Of a DNA stretch of 64,000 bases, positions 13,379 to 27,796 are shown piece after piece. A program made the position numbers and the translations under genes. The notes beneath the pieces are model-generated. The model made no database searches. It was given only the letters and a program-made list of their open reading frames with translations, and was not told where the DNA came from. This DNA is from Zancudomyces culisetae HAW-14-8 (taxonomy: Eukaryota; Fungi; Kickxellomycota): assembly GCA_052426225.1 (NCBI GenBank), contig JBNJNM010000007.1, forward strand, positions 558,001 to 622,000, read 5' to 3'. Within the stretch, counting starts at the first letter, position 1. Every line of letters begins with the position of its first letter.

Positions 13379-14290
13379 ATGATTGGAAAAGGAAAAAACC
13401 TACTAATAGTGGTGATACTAGCATTGACAGCAAATGGTGCTTTCAATAATGGTAGTCGAAAGACAGCTACAGTTACAACTACAGTAACTACAACCACAAC
13501 TAATAGTGTCACAAGTACAATAAGTATAACCAGAACCGTTGATGTTACACAAACAATCGATGTAACAAGGATGATAGATGTAATCAGGACTGTGGATGAA
13601 TCAAAGACAGTACCGAACCAGTCCACTGAAGCCGTAACATCCATTTCCACAAGCAAACTACCGCAAACAACATCAACTTCTATAAACACCTCTACAAGTA
13701 GCACTCAACCAAGTATACTTAGTACCCCTGATGCCGTTAGTACTAGCACTTCCAGAACCATAACAACCAGCACTAGCACTAGCACAAGAGCTAACACCAA
13801 CACCAACACCAACACCAACACTAACACCAACACCAACACCAACACCAACACTAACACCAATACCAATACCAGCACAACCGGTTTTGTTCAACCTTCCACT
13901 TCCCCACTATTGCCACCCAACGACAGCATCGTTTTTACTCAGCAGCTTCTAGTACTAGTAAACAACCTCCGCGCATCAAGAAAACTAAGCCCAGTATCCA
14001 TTGATAATGACTTAATAGCAGCATCATACGTACAAAGTGTATATCAAGACTCAATTAGCACCATGACACATAGTAATTCAGGATTCAGCAGCTTACTGGA
14101 TCGCATTGCAGCCTCAGGTGCGATTTGTTCCACAAGCGGGGAAAATGTTGCATGGGGTTTATCTGATCCTAAAGAGGTATTTGATGCTTGGGTTGGATCT
14201 CCTGGCCACTTGAACAATATGTTGGGAAACTATGCTACTATGGGCGCCTCAGTGGTAAACGAGTATGCAACCCAAATATTTTGTAGCTAA
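13379..14290 (+). CDS. Secreted Thr-rich CAP/SCP-domain protein
   Basis: Signal peptide, Thr/Ser stalk with (TN)n, and C-terminal LVNNLRA...MTHS...GENVAWG...DAWVGSPGHLNNML (CAP motifs). Confidence 0.85.
   Translation: MIGKGKNLLIVVILALTANGAFNNGSRKTATVTTTVTTTTTNSVTSTISITRTVDVTQTIDVTRMIDVIRTVDESKTVPNQSTEAVTSISTSKLPQTTSTSINTSTSSTQPSILSTPDAVSTSTSRTITTSTSTSTRANTNTNTNTNTNTNTNTNTNTNTNTNTSTTGFVQPSTSPLLPPNDSIVFTQQLLVLVNNLRASRKLSPVSIDNDLIAASYVQSVYQDSISTMTHSNSGFSSLLDRIAASGAICSTSGENVAWGLSDPKEVFDAWVGSPGHLNNMLGNYATMGASVVNEYATQIFCS
13791..13870 (+). repeat. (ACCAAC/ACTAAC)n hexamer repeat encoding (TN)n
   Basis: Tandem repeat visible inside the CAP gene. Confidence 0.9.
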
Positions 14291-14624
14291 AGTAGGGCAC
14301 AAATATAACACAATCAATGTGTCAAATGTCTTGTAGAATGCTTTTTTTTTTCGGTTGAGTACCAACTGTTAAATTTTGTATGGGTAAACGTAGCCTGATG
14401 TAATTTTTGGTGTTTGAAGCCTAATAGATAAATAAACAACACATATCACAATATTGTTTTTGATGCACTTGTTTTTGAGCACTTGTAAGTTTTGTAATTA
14501 AATTAATCGGACTGTAAAATTCATTAAAAAAAATTCTGGGCTCTACAAATAAACAATTGCAAATAAAAAACATAACTCATCAACACAATTACACTACAGG
14601 GCGGATAAAAGCACAAAAAAAAGA

Positions 14625-16466
14625 ATGAATTTCAATGGAAATGCAGCGGAAATAACCCCAGCGAGAATAGAGACGGCATTCAAAAACAGAAACATTTACG
14701 AGTTGGAAAAGATATTTACCTTTACATTTTTGCAAGACGATGCAGGATTAAATTCGGGCTTTAGCGCCGCAAGTTTACCAAATTACGATGATACAAGATG
14801 GAATCAGATTTCGGATTCGAATCTGGCAGATTTTGCCAAAGCGTACGTTGAAATGAGACAAACGTGTGTTGGAATGGATGAAATTGGTGTGTGGGAACAA
14901 TCAGTTCTTGTTTTAGAGTAAGTTAAATACATGTATGTATGGAAACAAGAAGGAGAAGTGGAAAGAGCGAGGTATAATTGGCTATATAGTGAGAAAAGAA
15001 GATAAATGGCTGGGAAGGAGGGCTGTGTTTCTTTAAGGGATCAAGTAATGTAATACGGAACTATAAAATAGCAAATTCATCCGGCTTTTTACCTATAACG
15101 ATGGACACTGGCTAACATCGCTACTGAAAAAAATGTGTCGATTTAGTTTTAATCTGTATTACAAGGTATGACGAATATTTCTAGTTAAAGCTTTATCCGC
15201 AAACTTAAACAGGAGGATTGAATTTTATGAACAATAATAATAAAACATTGAATAGATTAACGACGAGACAGAGAGGACTATGAAATCCTCAAAAATGGCA
15301 GAAAGCTTGCAGCGAGTAGTTAAAATACAAATATCGGATAGGTAAGGTTCAAAAAATAGCAAAAAAACAAATTATATAATGGCAAACCTTTGAGCTGTGA
15401 ACGATTGCAAGCTGGGAGTTCAAACGAATAAAATATGTAGTATAAAATAAAATAAGAAAAGATAGTTAACAAATATTCTTTTTTTGGATTTACTGAATGC
15501 CTGTAGAACACCTTTGCCTGATTCAAAGCGTATTGGAATATACTATATTGTGAACCTATTGCTACATTTATCCATTCAGGTAAGTACAGCTATACAAATA
15601 TACATATTTGTATAAAAGAAAAGAAAAAATAAAAATAAAAATAAAAACAAGTCTACTAATGTTTGATCAATAAATACTAGATGGGATCCATAGGGTCAGT
15701 TATGGGACTAGTAGTGAATATCAGAAAAACGGGGCCACCATTGAGTAAATACCCGATGGTTGATCAGATTGGCTTCAGATATTGGTTGGGGAGATATTAC
15801 ATGCTTAAACATGAGGTCAAGATGGCACAGGAGGAATTTACCGAGGCACTGAGATGTTGTTCGTACCTCAAATACAATAACCGAAATAATGGTATTAATA
15901 ATATTGGAGGAGGAGGGGACCTGGAAAGATTCAAGAAAAATATAGTTATTAGTAAAAACAACAAAAAGAGGATACTGGAGTATTTGGTATGCTGTAACTT
16001 GATACTAGGTAGAATGATGATACCACAAGAATTACTGCGAGAGTTTGGTGGCGACGGAAGGGTAAAACTGTTTTTAGATCTAAGCAATTCGTATAAACTG
16101 GGGAATTTGCAGCAATTTCAACGTATCCTGGCAGAGAATTCGAGATATTTTCGTAAACGAGATATGTATATGATATTATATGAGCGAACGGAAAACGGAA
16201 TATGTAGAAATGCAATACGAAGACTGTATAGATTGAAGCAGCAAATCAGACCACAAAACAATGTACTTTTATATCAAGAGCTTGCTGGTTTATTTAGCGT
16301 GATGAATGGGGGCGATCAGGGACAGGATGCGATGGATGAGGAAGATATTGAGTGCATTCTTGCCAATTTGATTGAACAGGGATATATAAAGGGGCATTTG
16401 CAACCTGGCCAGAAAGCAGTAGTACTGAGTAGAACCAATGCCTTTCCACCCATTTACAGAATTTAA
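14625..16466 (+). CDS. PCI-domain protein, CSN12/PCID2/Thp1 family (about 5 exons)
   Basis: Spliced exons give ...DR|TPLPDSKRIGIYYIVNLLL..., FRYWLGRYYM, LSNSYKLGNLQQF and EDIECILANLIEQGYIKGHL...VVLSRTNAFP, typical of PCID2/Csn12. Confidence 0.8.
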
Positions 16467-16705
16467 TTGTAGATTGTTTTTATATTATATATACATGTAT
16501 ATATTTACAAGCATCGATTTATTGATGTACTTGAAAATGAAATAAAAAGACAGAAAAAATGAAAAAAAGAAAAGTTTACTTGTACTTCTAAAACAGTAGA
16601 CAAGACATTACAGTCAAAAATTGAGACAGGAAATCTCCTTCTTCTACTTTATATAATACGCTGGAAATCATGGGAGGCGTGAGCGACTGAGATAGATAGG
16701 AAGAT

Positions 16706-17179
16706 TTAGGAACTGGACTCTTTGCAGAATTCGGTATTGAATCCTTCGCGATTTCTGGCAATTTCAATGGCCCAAAATTGAACTCTAACAACCAACATGG
16801 AATTCTCGGCAGAGTAGTCGTGGTGGCAGTTTGTTCGCAACAAGGATCCAAAGTTATAATCTTTAATAACCTCCAAGTCCTTTTTTTCTTCTTCGGCATT
16901 TGCAGGCTTTTCGTACTGCATGATAAATTCGCGCCATTTGGCCTTTGCTTCTGGTGATTTAAAGTCATTGTCCTCGTCCAAAATCTCAATGTTGAGGGTT
17001 GGGAACATGGAGCGGAAATGCTCGTAGATTTTTGAATCGATGCCGGTCAAATTGGTGAGTTTGGAAGGGTGGCGAGCAGACAGCACGGACATGTATGCTT
17101 CAGCATGGGTCAAAGCCTTGACAGCCCATTGCTGTTCGATTTCCTGTAGATTTTCAGTGTTTTCGGCAGTGATTGACAT
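16706..17179 (-). CDS. PBDC1: PBDC1/YPL225W family protein
   Basis: IEQQWAVKA...IYEHFRSMFP...KSPEAKAKWREF...DYNFGSLLR...RVQFWAIEIARNREGFN. Confidence 0.9.
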   Translation of the reverse strand: MSITAENTENLQEIEQQWAVKALTHAEAYMSVLSARHPSKLTNLTGIDSKIYEHFRSMFPTLNIEILDEDNDFKSPEAKAKWREFIMQYEKPANAEEEKKDLEVIKDYNFGSLLRTNCHHDYSAENSMLVVRVQFWAIEIARNREGFNTEFCKESSS

Positions 17180-17590
17180 TCTGAGTTTTGTTTTGTTTTG
17201 TTTGGGTTGGGTTGAGTTGAGTTTGGTTTGGTTTGGTTTGGTTTGGTTTTGAATACTGCTATTTTATGTTGCTGGTTTTTCAACTATTTCGGCAAAAATA
17301 TAGTAATTGAAGAAATCAGGCATTTGCTGGTAATAAAAAATTTTTTTTTACCTTTTATTCTATTTGCTGAATCCAAATCTAGCCACGAAAACAAAAAGCG
17401 CCTTGGTTGATAGAAGCAAAAAAAAAATAACAAGATGGTATGAGAGGGAATAGGATCAAGGTTTTTATTGGACTATGTGCGCGATAAAAAATAGTCACAA
17501 AATGAAAAAATATATAAAACAAATGAATATTAGGTGTAGTAATATTATACATACAAAAAAAAAAAGAGTACGGATCAAAATTAGTGTCGC

Positions 17591-20500
17591 TTAGTTAAAG
17601 GCATAAGTGGTAACAGCAGTCACAAACTGCTCAGAGAAATTCAAGCTCTTTCTGACAAACTCAAGCATCTCTGCCGGATGCGAAGAGCAAAGTTGCTCAA
17701 AGGATGACTTGTCGATACACCATAGCTCCACCGGTTCACCAACAGCGATTACGGTGTTTGGGTAGGGGCAGTTCATCAGGAGACTCAGTTCACCAAAGAG
17801 AGTTCCGGTGATAATTGAGGCGGTGAGTTTGGGGACATCGTTGATCAGCTCAAACATCTTGAGAACACCAGACTTGACCAGATACAAAGCAGCAGGCGAG
17901 TCGCCAATCTCCCAGAGAGTTTCGTGAGGCATAAGAGTCTTTGTTGTGAAATAAGGGCCCAGAAAACTGAGTTTCTGGTAGATTGGCTCGTCGTTGTATT
18001 GCTGGAGAGCTTGGGAAAGAAGTAGAATAGCGGGGTGTAGGTTCCTCGGATATTTCGATGAGGAAGATGCGAGACTACCAGATGGCGCAGTTCCAGGTGC
18101 AGTCAGAGATGAAGATGACTTTGAATCAATAGCAGGCGACGGAGAAGCTGAATGGTTATTAGAAAGAACCGATTTGGTGGCCTTTGTCAACATTTCTTGG
18201 CGGGGAGTTCCGCTGTAGCTTTGGCCTGAAAGAGAAGCAAATTTGGAAGGAGGAATGGATAGATTCTTGTTTGAGGGAGCATCAGATGAAATGGGCAGCG
18301 AAGCAAATACGGATGGATGTTGTTGTTCGGCGACAGCGAGTTCAGAATTTATTCCTAGTTTGTTGGAATATTCAGTGTAGTAATCTAACAAGTAATTTTC
18401 ACACCATTCCAGCGATTCGTTAAGGCCTTCGAAGGTGTGTAAATAGGTCGCAACTGAATCACGTGATGTATTTTTAGAGCCAGAAGAGACTGTAACCTGC
18501 ATAGAACGGGCACGGTTTAAGAGAACAGGGTTGGTTGGCAGAGTAATAGTATACTGCTGATTGGAGCCAGAATCAATCCACACATTACTACCCTTGAGTG
18601 CGCGATAAACTTCGGAATTTTGAGCAACACCGCATAATACAAAGTGGATTTGCTTGTTTTCCATGACACGTTTAAGACGAATGAAAGCTTCGGCAGCAGA
18701 GAAATCCATTCCAGTGACAAATGCAAAGTCTAAAACCAAAAAGCGGATTGGGTTTTGTTCCCAATTACGTTGCCTTAAAAGGGCGCGGATAGTTTCCTCA
18801 ACACCAGTGATAGTTCCGAAAAACATAAATCCTTGAAGACGAATGACATGGATCTGCTGGGCCACATGGTCAAGGAAAAGACGGTGTCTGTACAGCCGAC
18901 GCACCGTTGATCTTGCGTTTTTGCCGGTGTAGCTGCGCCATACAACATTACGACGCGAGTATAGCAGAATGAAAAAGACACAAGCCATGAAAATGCCGAG
19001 GAAGATACCCTCGTTGAAGCCAACGGTTGCCATAGTAACAACAATGGTAGAAATGGTAATGTATTCGATGGAGTTGACTTTACCAATGGTATCAATAAGA
19101 GCCTCTTTCATTAGTTCAAGGCCCAGATGGAAAATCAAAGCACCAGCGACCATTTTGGGAATAAAGCCAATGATCTGTGGCCCAGCAATCAGTACCAAAA
19201 ATGTTACAAATGCCAACATAAATCCAGCAACACGGCTATCACCACCGCTTCGATAAAACAATACACTGTTTGAGTAACACAGATAGTTTTGGAAACTTCC
19301 AACCAACCCCGAAGCAAGGTTGGAGACACCATGAGCAATCAGTTCGCGGTCGGTGTCGAGTTTGTCCATGTTGATGGATACAGCCAAAGCGGGTGCGTTG
19401 ATTGGAACGTGCAGAATTCCAAAGAAGGCCAAACCAAGCAGCGTTGGAACAGTTGCCATGACGGCCTCCCAGCTGACGAGATGGAACTTGAACAGTGTCA
19501 AGTAGTGCAGAATCTTTTCGCCTTTAGGAGAAGCAGGGTATACCCAGCCGGTCTCTCTCAGTGTTTCAAGATCAAGACCCAAATAAAAGGTTATCATATA
19601 AAAGAAAATAGGTACGAGGACAAAGTAGAGGGGCACAAATGTTGGATTTTTGAATCGCAAACTCAATACCCGCAACAAAATAGCCACAAGTAGAGTGGTT
19701 CCCCATAATACAACGACTTCGTATTCGAAGTATTTTGCCAGTGTTTCTCTGGTCCACTCGAACGGAATACGAGCCATCACCTCAAACCCAGTCTGCACCA
19801 AGAAATACCCTACTCCGCCAATACATCCTACCAAAATGTGTCTCGGGAAGAAATCCACAAGTTTTCCTACTTTAAACAATCCCATTAACAAGAACGCCAA
19901 CCCTGTCAATATCGTACCTAATGCATATGACACCATTGTCGTTGCCAGCACTGCATCCTGACTTGCTCCGCTGCCCATAACACTCATTATTGTGCTGCAA
20001 CATTGGTACAAAAACGGCAGAATTTCTACCATCATTAACCCGTTTCCCCCTCTAAACGAACTAAACCCACCTGAAAACACCAACTGGCACACAATTGTAC
20101 TCACAAAAAACATGGTCAACCCCGTCGGTCCCATGTGGCTGTATAGCGGGATCTGCAGCGGAAATGTTATTAAACCGTATGAAATTGCATCTAGCAGATT
20201 GAACAATAGACCAAGGAATACTGCAGGGATGTACTGCAATGGGTCCAGCATTATTCTCATCATCACTTTGCTCTTTCGCTTGAGCCGCTCCATTTCCTGT
20301 TCCTCACCCACCACCACCCTTCCTTTTCCCTGCCGCTCTCCTAAAACCTTACTATTTGCTGCATCATCCTGCGACCCCATATTATCGGTTGCACCATATC
20401 TTTCTCCATATCCACTTGCACCGGCTTCGTAGCCTGACATCTCTACGCGCACTGATGTTTCCCCCACAGTGCCGAGCAGGCTGCTTGTCTCGGTTGCTGC

Positions 20501-21145
20501 TTCCTCTTCACCGTCTTGGCTTATATAGTCGTAGTCTATTCCTCCTTGCTCGTGGATTTTCCGGCTTTCCACCAACTCATCATCTCCAATTTCCTGCTGG
20601 TCGTTTTTTTTCAGTGTATCTTTGAGCATACTTGCTATCATTCCGCTGGTGTTTCCCTTCTTGCTGCCCTTAAGTCTTTTATTTTCTCTAGCCCGACTCA
20701 CTCTCTCTTCATCAAAGTCTTCTATCTCTATACCGTCCTCTTCCTCCTCCTCGTCGGTTACTGGCTTTATATTTGTTGGGAATGGTGCCTGTTTTAAACC
20801 CAAATCACTTAGATACAGTGATTTTGATATTATCTCATCCGCTGTTTCGGTGTACTCTATAATATATATATATATATTTAATATTTCGTCATTGGTGATT
20901 TATCACTTTGCTATCTAGAAGCATGAAAATATCAACTCCTTCCAAAAAAAAGAAAAGAAAAGCAAAATAAAGCTGCCAAGTGCCAATTCATGCAGTGTGC
21001 ATTTACCTGGACCACTCTCTTCATTTTCGTCCGGTCTGCTACCCCTTCTGAATCCCCTTCCAACGGAACCCATGGCCCCTTCGCCCAAATCTGTTGAGTT
21101 TATTGACCGTCCCCAAACCGAATTATTTTGTCCTCTAGAAGACAT
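17591..21145 (-). CDS. SulP/SLC26 transporter with STAS and cNMP-binding-like domains (Vsb1/YGR125W-like)
   Basis: LLFNLLDAISYG, FFPRHILVGCIGGVG, STAS RLQGFMFFGT...FLVLDF...GMDFSAAEAF and C-terminal GTLFGELSL. The first exon (21145 to about 21007) is joined by one GT-AG intron. Confidence 0.88.
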
Positions 21146-23257
21146 ATTATCAAGTCTATTTTATCTCGTTTTTGTTGTTGTTCCTGCTAATGTCTATAGT
21201 ACTCGTTAAAAAGATACTTGTATATACAGGTTACCGTTTTCCCCTTAAACCTCTAAACAATAAAAGAAAAAAAAAAGTACATGTGCCACAAATACTGCAC
21301 TTTAAACACAACTATCAAGTTATTTTATGTTGTAATTGCCCTCCCTTTATAAACATTTGTATGTCTTTCCACTAGTTTATTGTGATTGAGGAACTTTATT
21401 TTTATTTTTTTTTAATCACGTTAATTTTACTGGCGGTAACAAGCATAAAAAAAATTTTTTTTCTGGTGTATATGTGTGTGTGCGTTAAATAGAGGATTTT
21501 TTTTTGATTCTTTTATTTATATTGACTAACATTTCATCAATAAACAACTCTGATTTGTTGGTTTTTATAATTTTTATTTTGCATTTAATTGTGAAACTTG
21601 AAGTTTTCCGAAAACAAAACTTTATCTATACAAAGATTGAATTAATACTTGAAATGGTTGGTCGGTAAAACAAGTCGAAAAAAAAAAAAAGTAAAGTAAA
21701 TCTATGTATTTTCGTTTTTTCAATAATTTCTTTTTTTTTATGGACACTGGGACTGATTTCCAGAGATTAATATTAAATAATTAGCTTTGTTGTCCCATTA
21801 GTAAATTGGCGCTAATTCTTGTGTATTTGCAAATGTACTCTATTTTGTCATCTATTCAGTATATTGTCTGTGTACACAGAATAATGATTGTTTGTAGTTT
21901 CTGTTGGATGATATTCTGAGATGGGCATGAGCTACACTAGTTTGTACTGGCTTGTACTGGCTTGTATATCCTTTGTATACCCTTTGTCCCGTGTGTTAAC
22001 AACAAGAAAGCATATCTGCAATGCAAAGAGAAACAAATCAAACTAAATAACAAAATCAACACACAAAAGGCGCTTTGGATGACTGCCTCAGGGTATATAT
22101 ATATATGTACATGATTTAATACTCTGCCACGTTACTCAAACGATGTGAACTAAAAGTAGTTTAAGAAATAGGCGCGACAAAGGTATATTTCCTTTTATTT
22201 TATTTTATTCAACTAATTGTAGTTGGAAAACTTAATATTCTAGATTCTAGTCCTTTTTCTGCCACTTTGCAAAGCAATCATATTTCCCTTTATGTTGATA
22301 TTGTAATACTATTGTTATTATTATTATTGTAGTCATTAAAATGGGGATGTAGATGAGAGATGTACTTGACTGTGGTTACGGAAGAAAAAAATTTTTGTTT
22401 TCACTTTTTAATGGTGATACTTAAAATATATTGTGTTTTGTAATGCATAAAAAAAATGAAAGAAAAAAGATGGATTTCCACCTCTTCCAAACCAAAGAGC
22501 ACCAAGTAATTTACTCTCCGTCAATGTTTCTGAAAAACCATCCCATTTAGCTGGAGGGTGAAGGACAGGGAGGAACAGGTGGAAGAGGTGCAAAGAAAGT
22601 TTGCAATTAGTTGGGTAATTGCTTGTTGCTCATTACGATTTGCATACTTCTCAAATTTTTTAATTTAATAGTTGGGAATTGTTAAACCGGAACTGAAAAA
22701 GTATAAATTGCCTCATAAACTGTGTTTCCTTTTTTTTCTTTTTTTTTTCTTTTGCTTTTTATTCAAGCATAATACAAATCCGCATGTTTTCATTTTGGTG
22801 TTCTATGCTGCTATATACAAAAGGCAATGCTAATTCAGTGTACCTGACAAATATTCGTTGCTTGATCTTTTTGCCGCTAGCTATTTATAACTTTTTTTAT
22901 TTTGTCTTTTTATTTATTTATTTTGCAATCTTTGAGTGCAAAGATGGTAATAATTAGCGTACATTACATACAGTCTGGTACAAACATGTAGTTGAGCCAA
23001 CCAAAAACTAGAACAAAAGTTTTAAACCGGTTGCACCCCTTCCTTACACTCTCCCCCTTCCAACACAGATCCACTAAAGTTGGCCTGTTTTGCACCTTCG
23101 AATATACAGCTACTTTTTGAATTCAGATAATCTAATGCCAAGAGCTAGATTGAAAATGTTGTAAATGATCGCTAGTTTATTCACCAGTGTGGCGTGTCAT
23201 TATTATATAACAACCAAGTATGTAGTAGAGAAAGCTGGATAAATAGTATGGTATTTT

Positions 23258-23851
23258 TTATAGTACAATAGACATGTGGTTAATTGCGCTTTGAACATCG
23301 TCGCTAACCGCTAGTGGCAGTGCACATGCTGGACAAGTTTGTGACATCAGTATCAGCCATCTATCTAGACAAGCTTTGTGGAATATGTGATTACATGGTA
23401 TTTGAGGCACTAGGTCGTCAAGATCTAGGGGGTTTAGACATAGCATACAATTCTGTGTGCCATCTTTGTCCCCACTATCACCAGGTTCATCATCATCGTT
23501 GTATCTACTGGATATTGCAGTACTATCTATGGGGATACTCTCATTATTCATGGCAGGAGCCGATGGATTTTGCTTTTTTAAACGCATAGTGGAAAAGCTA
23601 AGGTCCACATAGCTATCGATGGTACATCTAGAATTATCTGTGGATATATCCGTTTGCATGCAACTTTTTACTGTTGATTTAATTACACCATTTGAAACTC
23701 CGTATTTGGGTGGGATACTAGCTTCTATAATAGCTGTATCACCATAGATTTCTTTGATTCTCTCTTCAAAGAGCTCTTGAGCCTTAACTCTCTTGCTATG
23801 CACTATGCGCAATATCACAAAGTACACAACAACACCTAAAACGATTATCAT
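23258..23851 (-). CDS. Membrane-anchored RING-H2 E3 ligase
   Basis: N-terminal hydrophobic helix and C3H2C3 RING CMLC...PCNHIFHKACLDRWL...CPAC. An upstream exon is possible. Confidence 0.8.
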   Translation of the reverse strand: MIIVLGVVVYFVILRIVHSKRVKAQELFEERIKEIYGDTAIIEASIPPKYGVSNGVIKSTVKSCMQTDISTDNSRCTIDSYVDLSFSTMRLKKQNPSAPAMNNESIPIDSTAISSRYNDDDEPGDSGDKDGTQNCMLCLNPLDLDDLVPQIPCNHIFHKACLDRWLILMSQTCPACALPLAVSDDVQSAINHMSIVL

Positions 23852-26800
23852 AGTATATCGTATGTTTTATTTGTTTACTCTTTTGTTTTAAATAAAATTA
23901 GGATGATAAATCTAAATAACGCTCTTACAAATAATTATCACAAGTAATACCAAGCTAGTGAATACCAAAATTCTTTTCTCTGTATCTATTTTATTAAAGT
24001 TTTGTAATATTTATAATTGTGTGATTGTATTAATCATAAATGAAGATTAAGCTGTTATATCTTAATGACAATGAAAAGGGAGAAAATTGGTAAAAAATAT
24101 TTAAATCCAAAGAAAGAGTAGGAAAGAAAAAAAAAAGAGAAAAAAAAAGAGAATTTACTGTCAAAGAGATCTGATATATCAATTTTCTTCATTGTTGGTA
24201 GACGTGTAGTATGAGGGGTGGGTTTTTTCAATTCCATAACTTTGTGTTTTATTTATATTAGATATGGTTGATTGTTGAATCAAACATTACACATTGATAA
24301 CCAACCAAGCTTACTATTCTTTTTTTCTTTCTTTCTTTCTTTTCCTTTGTGTTTATATCTTACCTTTTATGTGTTGAAAAGTATTTAGTATGTAAAAAAA
24401 ATATTAATCTCTAAAAATAAATTAAAGTTTTTCTAATAGTGTAATAAAGAAATAGTGATAATAAAAAACAGACCAGGGTGTGGAGTATAGTAGTTGTGGG
24501 AGAAGAGGAGTTGAAGGGTATGGAGGGTATGGTGGAATTGTAAACATCTCGAGTGAGGGAATTGTGTATGGTATTTATATATAATAGAATTAATAATAAT
24601 AACAATAAAAATGGAACCTAATTAAAATGACCGACGATTTAAACAGTTTAAGGTAATATGAAATAAAAATAAAAGAAAACTGGGCTTAAAGATGGTATGT
24701 ACCAAGATTACAGGTTGGAGGATGAAATATACATGGAAAAGTGTGAAGCAAAGAAAAAAATAGATTAATGAAAGAAAAATCAAAAGAAAAAAAGGGAGTA
24801 AATAATTGGGGGGGGAGGAAGGAGGTTTCAAAGAGTAATACAGTACCCAGTATCTTTAAAGACTAGGATAAAAAAAAACAAGCGATAATAATAAAAAAAC
24901 CATGTCGATCAAAATCAATCGAGTTTTTTTTTTTGTTGTTATTTTATTTTATATTTTCTTGCTTTTATCCGATTCATCATAATTGTTGTGATTGTTACGT
25001 ATTAGTAATCAGGAAAAGTGATACAAGATAAAGAAATTGTGCACAAAAAAAAGGAAAAGGAGGAACAAATAAAGGAGAAACAAATAGGGGGTGAGGATGG
25101 GAATGAGGATAGGGATTGGAATGGGGATGAGGATGAGGATAGTGATAGAGATAGTGATACGGATAGGGGGGAAATATGGGATGATGAGATGGAGAGATGT
25201 CAAATATGGCAAAAGTGATGAGAAAAGGATGGCCTAGGGGAAAGGAAAAAAAATAACAAGGTGAGAACGTGATTATGAATTGTAGGAGTTTGTAACAAAT
25301 ACTAGAGGGGGGGAGAAAAATGTGCGTGTATGTGTGTGTGTGTGTGTATGTGAAAGAGGGCAAATAAGATAAGAATAGATGGATGTGATGTGATGGGCTT
25401 AAATATATCCCGGATTTCTTTTTTAATGTCCTCACCTCCCCCCTTTCCCTCCTCCTCCTCTAACCTTTCATCCGTTTAATTAATTAATTATTTATTTATA
25501 TTTTTTGCATATAAGTTTACATTTTTCCGCATTAATAATAGTGACTATTAAAACCAAATTGGGAAGTATACCAAAAAAATATATAAAAATTAAGATAAAA
25601 AAGGAAATAAAAAATCAGCTGTTGAGTTTTAAATATGTTTGTTGGAATGAAAAATACTCTGGTGAATAAAATGTATGTACAAATGTAATAAAATGACATT
25701 AAGCAAATATTGGGGGATTAAAGCAAAGACAGTAATGTAAAAAAAAAGATAAAAATATAAAGATAAAAAAAAGTTGTGAAATGGTAAAATATATCGGGTT
25801 TTTAATACAATAACTTGTCTTTCGTTCCAAATATTTCAGTACCCGCCTTCTTCCTCCACACATCCTCGCCCCTGCCCCTCGACCCATTGTTTTTTTTAAT
25901 GCTTTTGGTTTCTTTTTTTGTTTTTGTTGCCAACTTTGATCAGATGGATTAGTAATACAAATCATCTCTAAATATAAATAATAGATGTTTAGATATTATT
26001 CCTGTCCTTTTTTAAAAAAATACAAGAAATTGTGATTGTTATAGACTTGCATTTGCCACAAGATTGTAAATTTTTGTTACTATTATTCTTGGTTTGTTTG
26101 TTTGTTCGTTTGTTGATTGGTTGATTGTTGTATTTGTCTAGATATATAAACTGAAGTGTAGAAGAATATGGATACTTTTACCTCCTTTCTTTATCTTTTA
26201 TTTTATTTTATTTTATTTATTTTGATGCAGCAGTAACAGTGACAACAACAACAACAACAACAGTGACTATTAATAGTACAATGTCTGTGCATTTTCCGGA
26301 AACTATGTTATAAAGTAAAGAATACTTAAAAAAGTAATTAGACAGTCAACCCTCAACCCTCAACCCAGAATCTAAAAACCAAAAAAGCCAAAAAACCGAA
26401 AAACCAAAAAACCAAAAAATCAAAAGAAAATAAAAGAATAAAAAAAAAGATAATGGGTATTGATAAATGCAGATTGATTTTTTACTTTTTTACATATTTA
26501 TTTATATTTATATTTCATTTTACCAAGCCATAGGTGTATTCGTTTATAATATCTACAACATACACACATAAATATAACTACATGTTTGAAATAATTGTAA
26601 TCATAGAAAGATTGTTTTACAAGAGCTGTATGACATAAAGTTGTTAATATGGTGGCTTTGGTGTTAGTAGAGGTGAAGAAGGAGAATTGTGTGTTATGAA
26701 TATCGCATGTATCTGGGGGAGGAGATAACTTTAATATTTATTAGTTTTATTTTTTCTTTTTTTTGCATATATGTGTATAATTATACATATATATATGCAA

Positions 26801-27796
26801 AACTTTATTACACTCATCTACTACATTTATCTCACTTTATTCTATTCTATTCTGTTTTATATTTGGTTTTGGTTGAGTTAAAAAGGATGAAAAGAGTGAC
26901 AATAGTGTGCAAGTAAGAGTAGGATGAAAGTATGATATTTATATTACACTAATGACAATAAAAACAAAATAAAATAAAAGATTATACATAACCGAGTTTA
27001 ATTTAATACGTAAAAAAAAAGGAGGAGGAGGGGGATAGGGAAGGTGGGGATATAATATACTACAGTACAATTAGTTTAAATAAATAAAACATTTGATACA
27101 GTTAGAGAATTGATATAACAAGCTGACAAAGTGGTAAAAATGTTTGGCTTGAAAAAAAGAAAAAAAAAATAAAGGCATAAATTGATTGTTGATTATTAGT
27201 GAATTAACTGGAAAAAAATAATTTAAATGAAATAATAAAGTGAATTAGAGTTGAAAATATACTAGAGAAAAATAAAAAATTTTTTATATTATTTATTATA
27301 AAATAAATTTGAAAAATATCTAGGTATTGTATTGGGCAACAGTAATAATAATAGTAATAAAAAACAAAGCAATAATGTATAAATGCAAAGTGGTTAATAA
27401 TAGTGGATTGTAAAGAAAAAAATAAAATGACAAAAAAAAAAAACAATCAATAAAAAGAATGGGAGGGAAATGATTTTGGGTACGTAAGGAAGGAGGAGGG
27501 GGAGGAAGGGAGAAGGGGAAGGGGAAGGGGGGGGGAAAAGAAAGAAAATATAATTGCAATTACAAATGCTAAGCAAATACAAATGCAAATAAAATGAAAG
27601 GAAAATGAAAGCAAAAAGAAAAAAAAAATAGAAAACTAGTGCTGTAATTAAAAAAAAGTATTTGGTTTAATAAATAATTCCAAGAAATAAAGATAAAAAA
27701 GGAGACTAAAATATAGACAAGAGAAACAAAAGGTGTAAAATCAAGATAACAACAAGGAATTAAGTGTGATAAATTAAACGTATACAATAGAGCAAC

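Noticed and set aside
24055-27787. Many short ORFs upstream of UBP15
   Set aside because: They are low-complexity translations of purine and poly-A tracts; the region is treated as intergenic.
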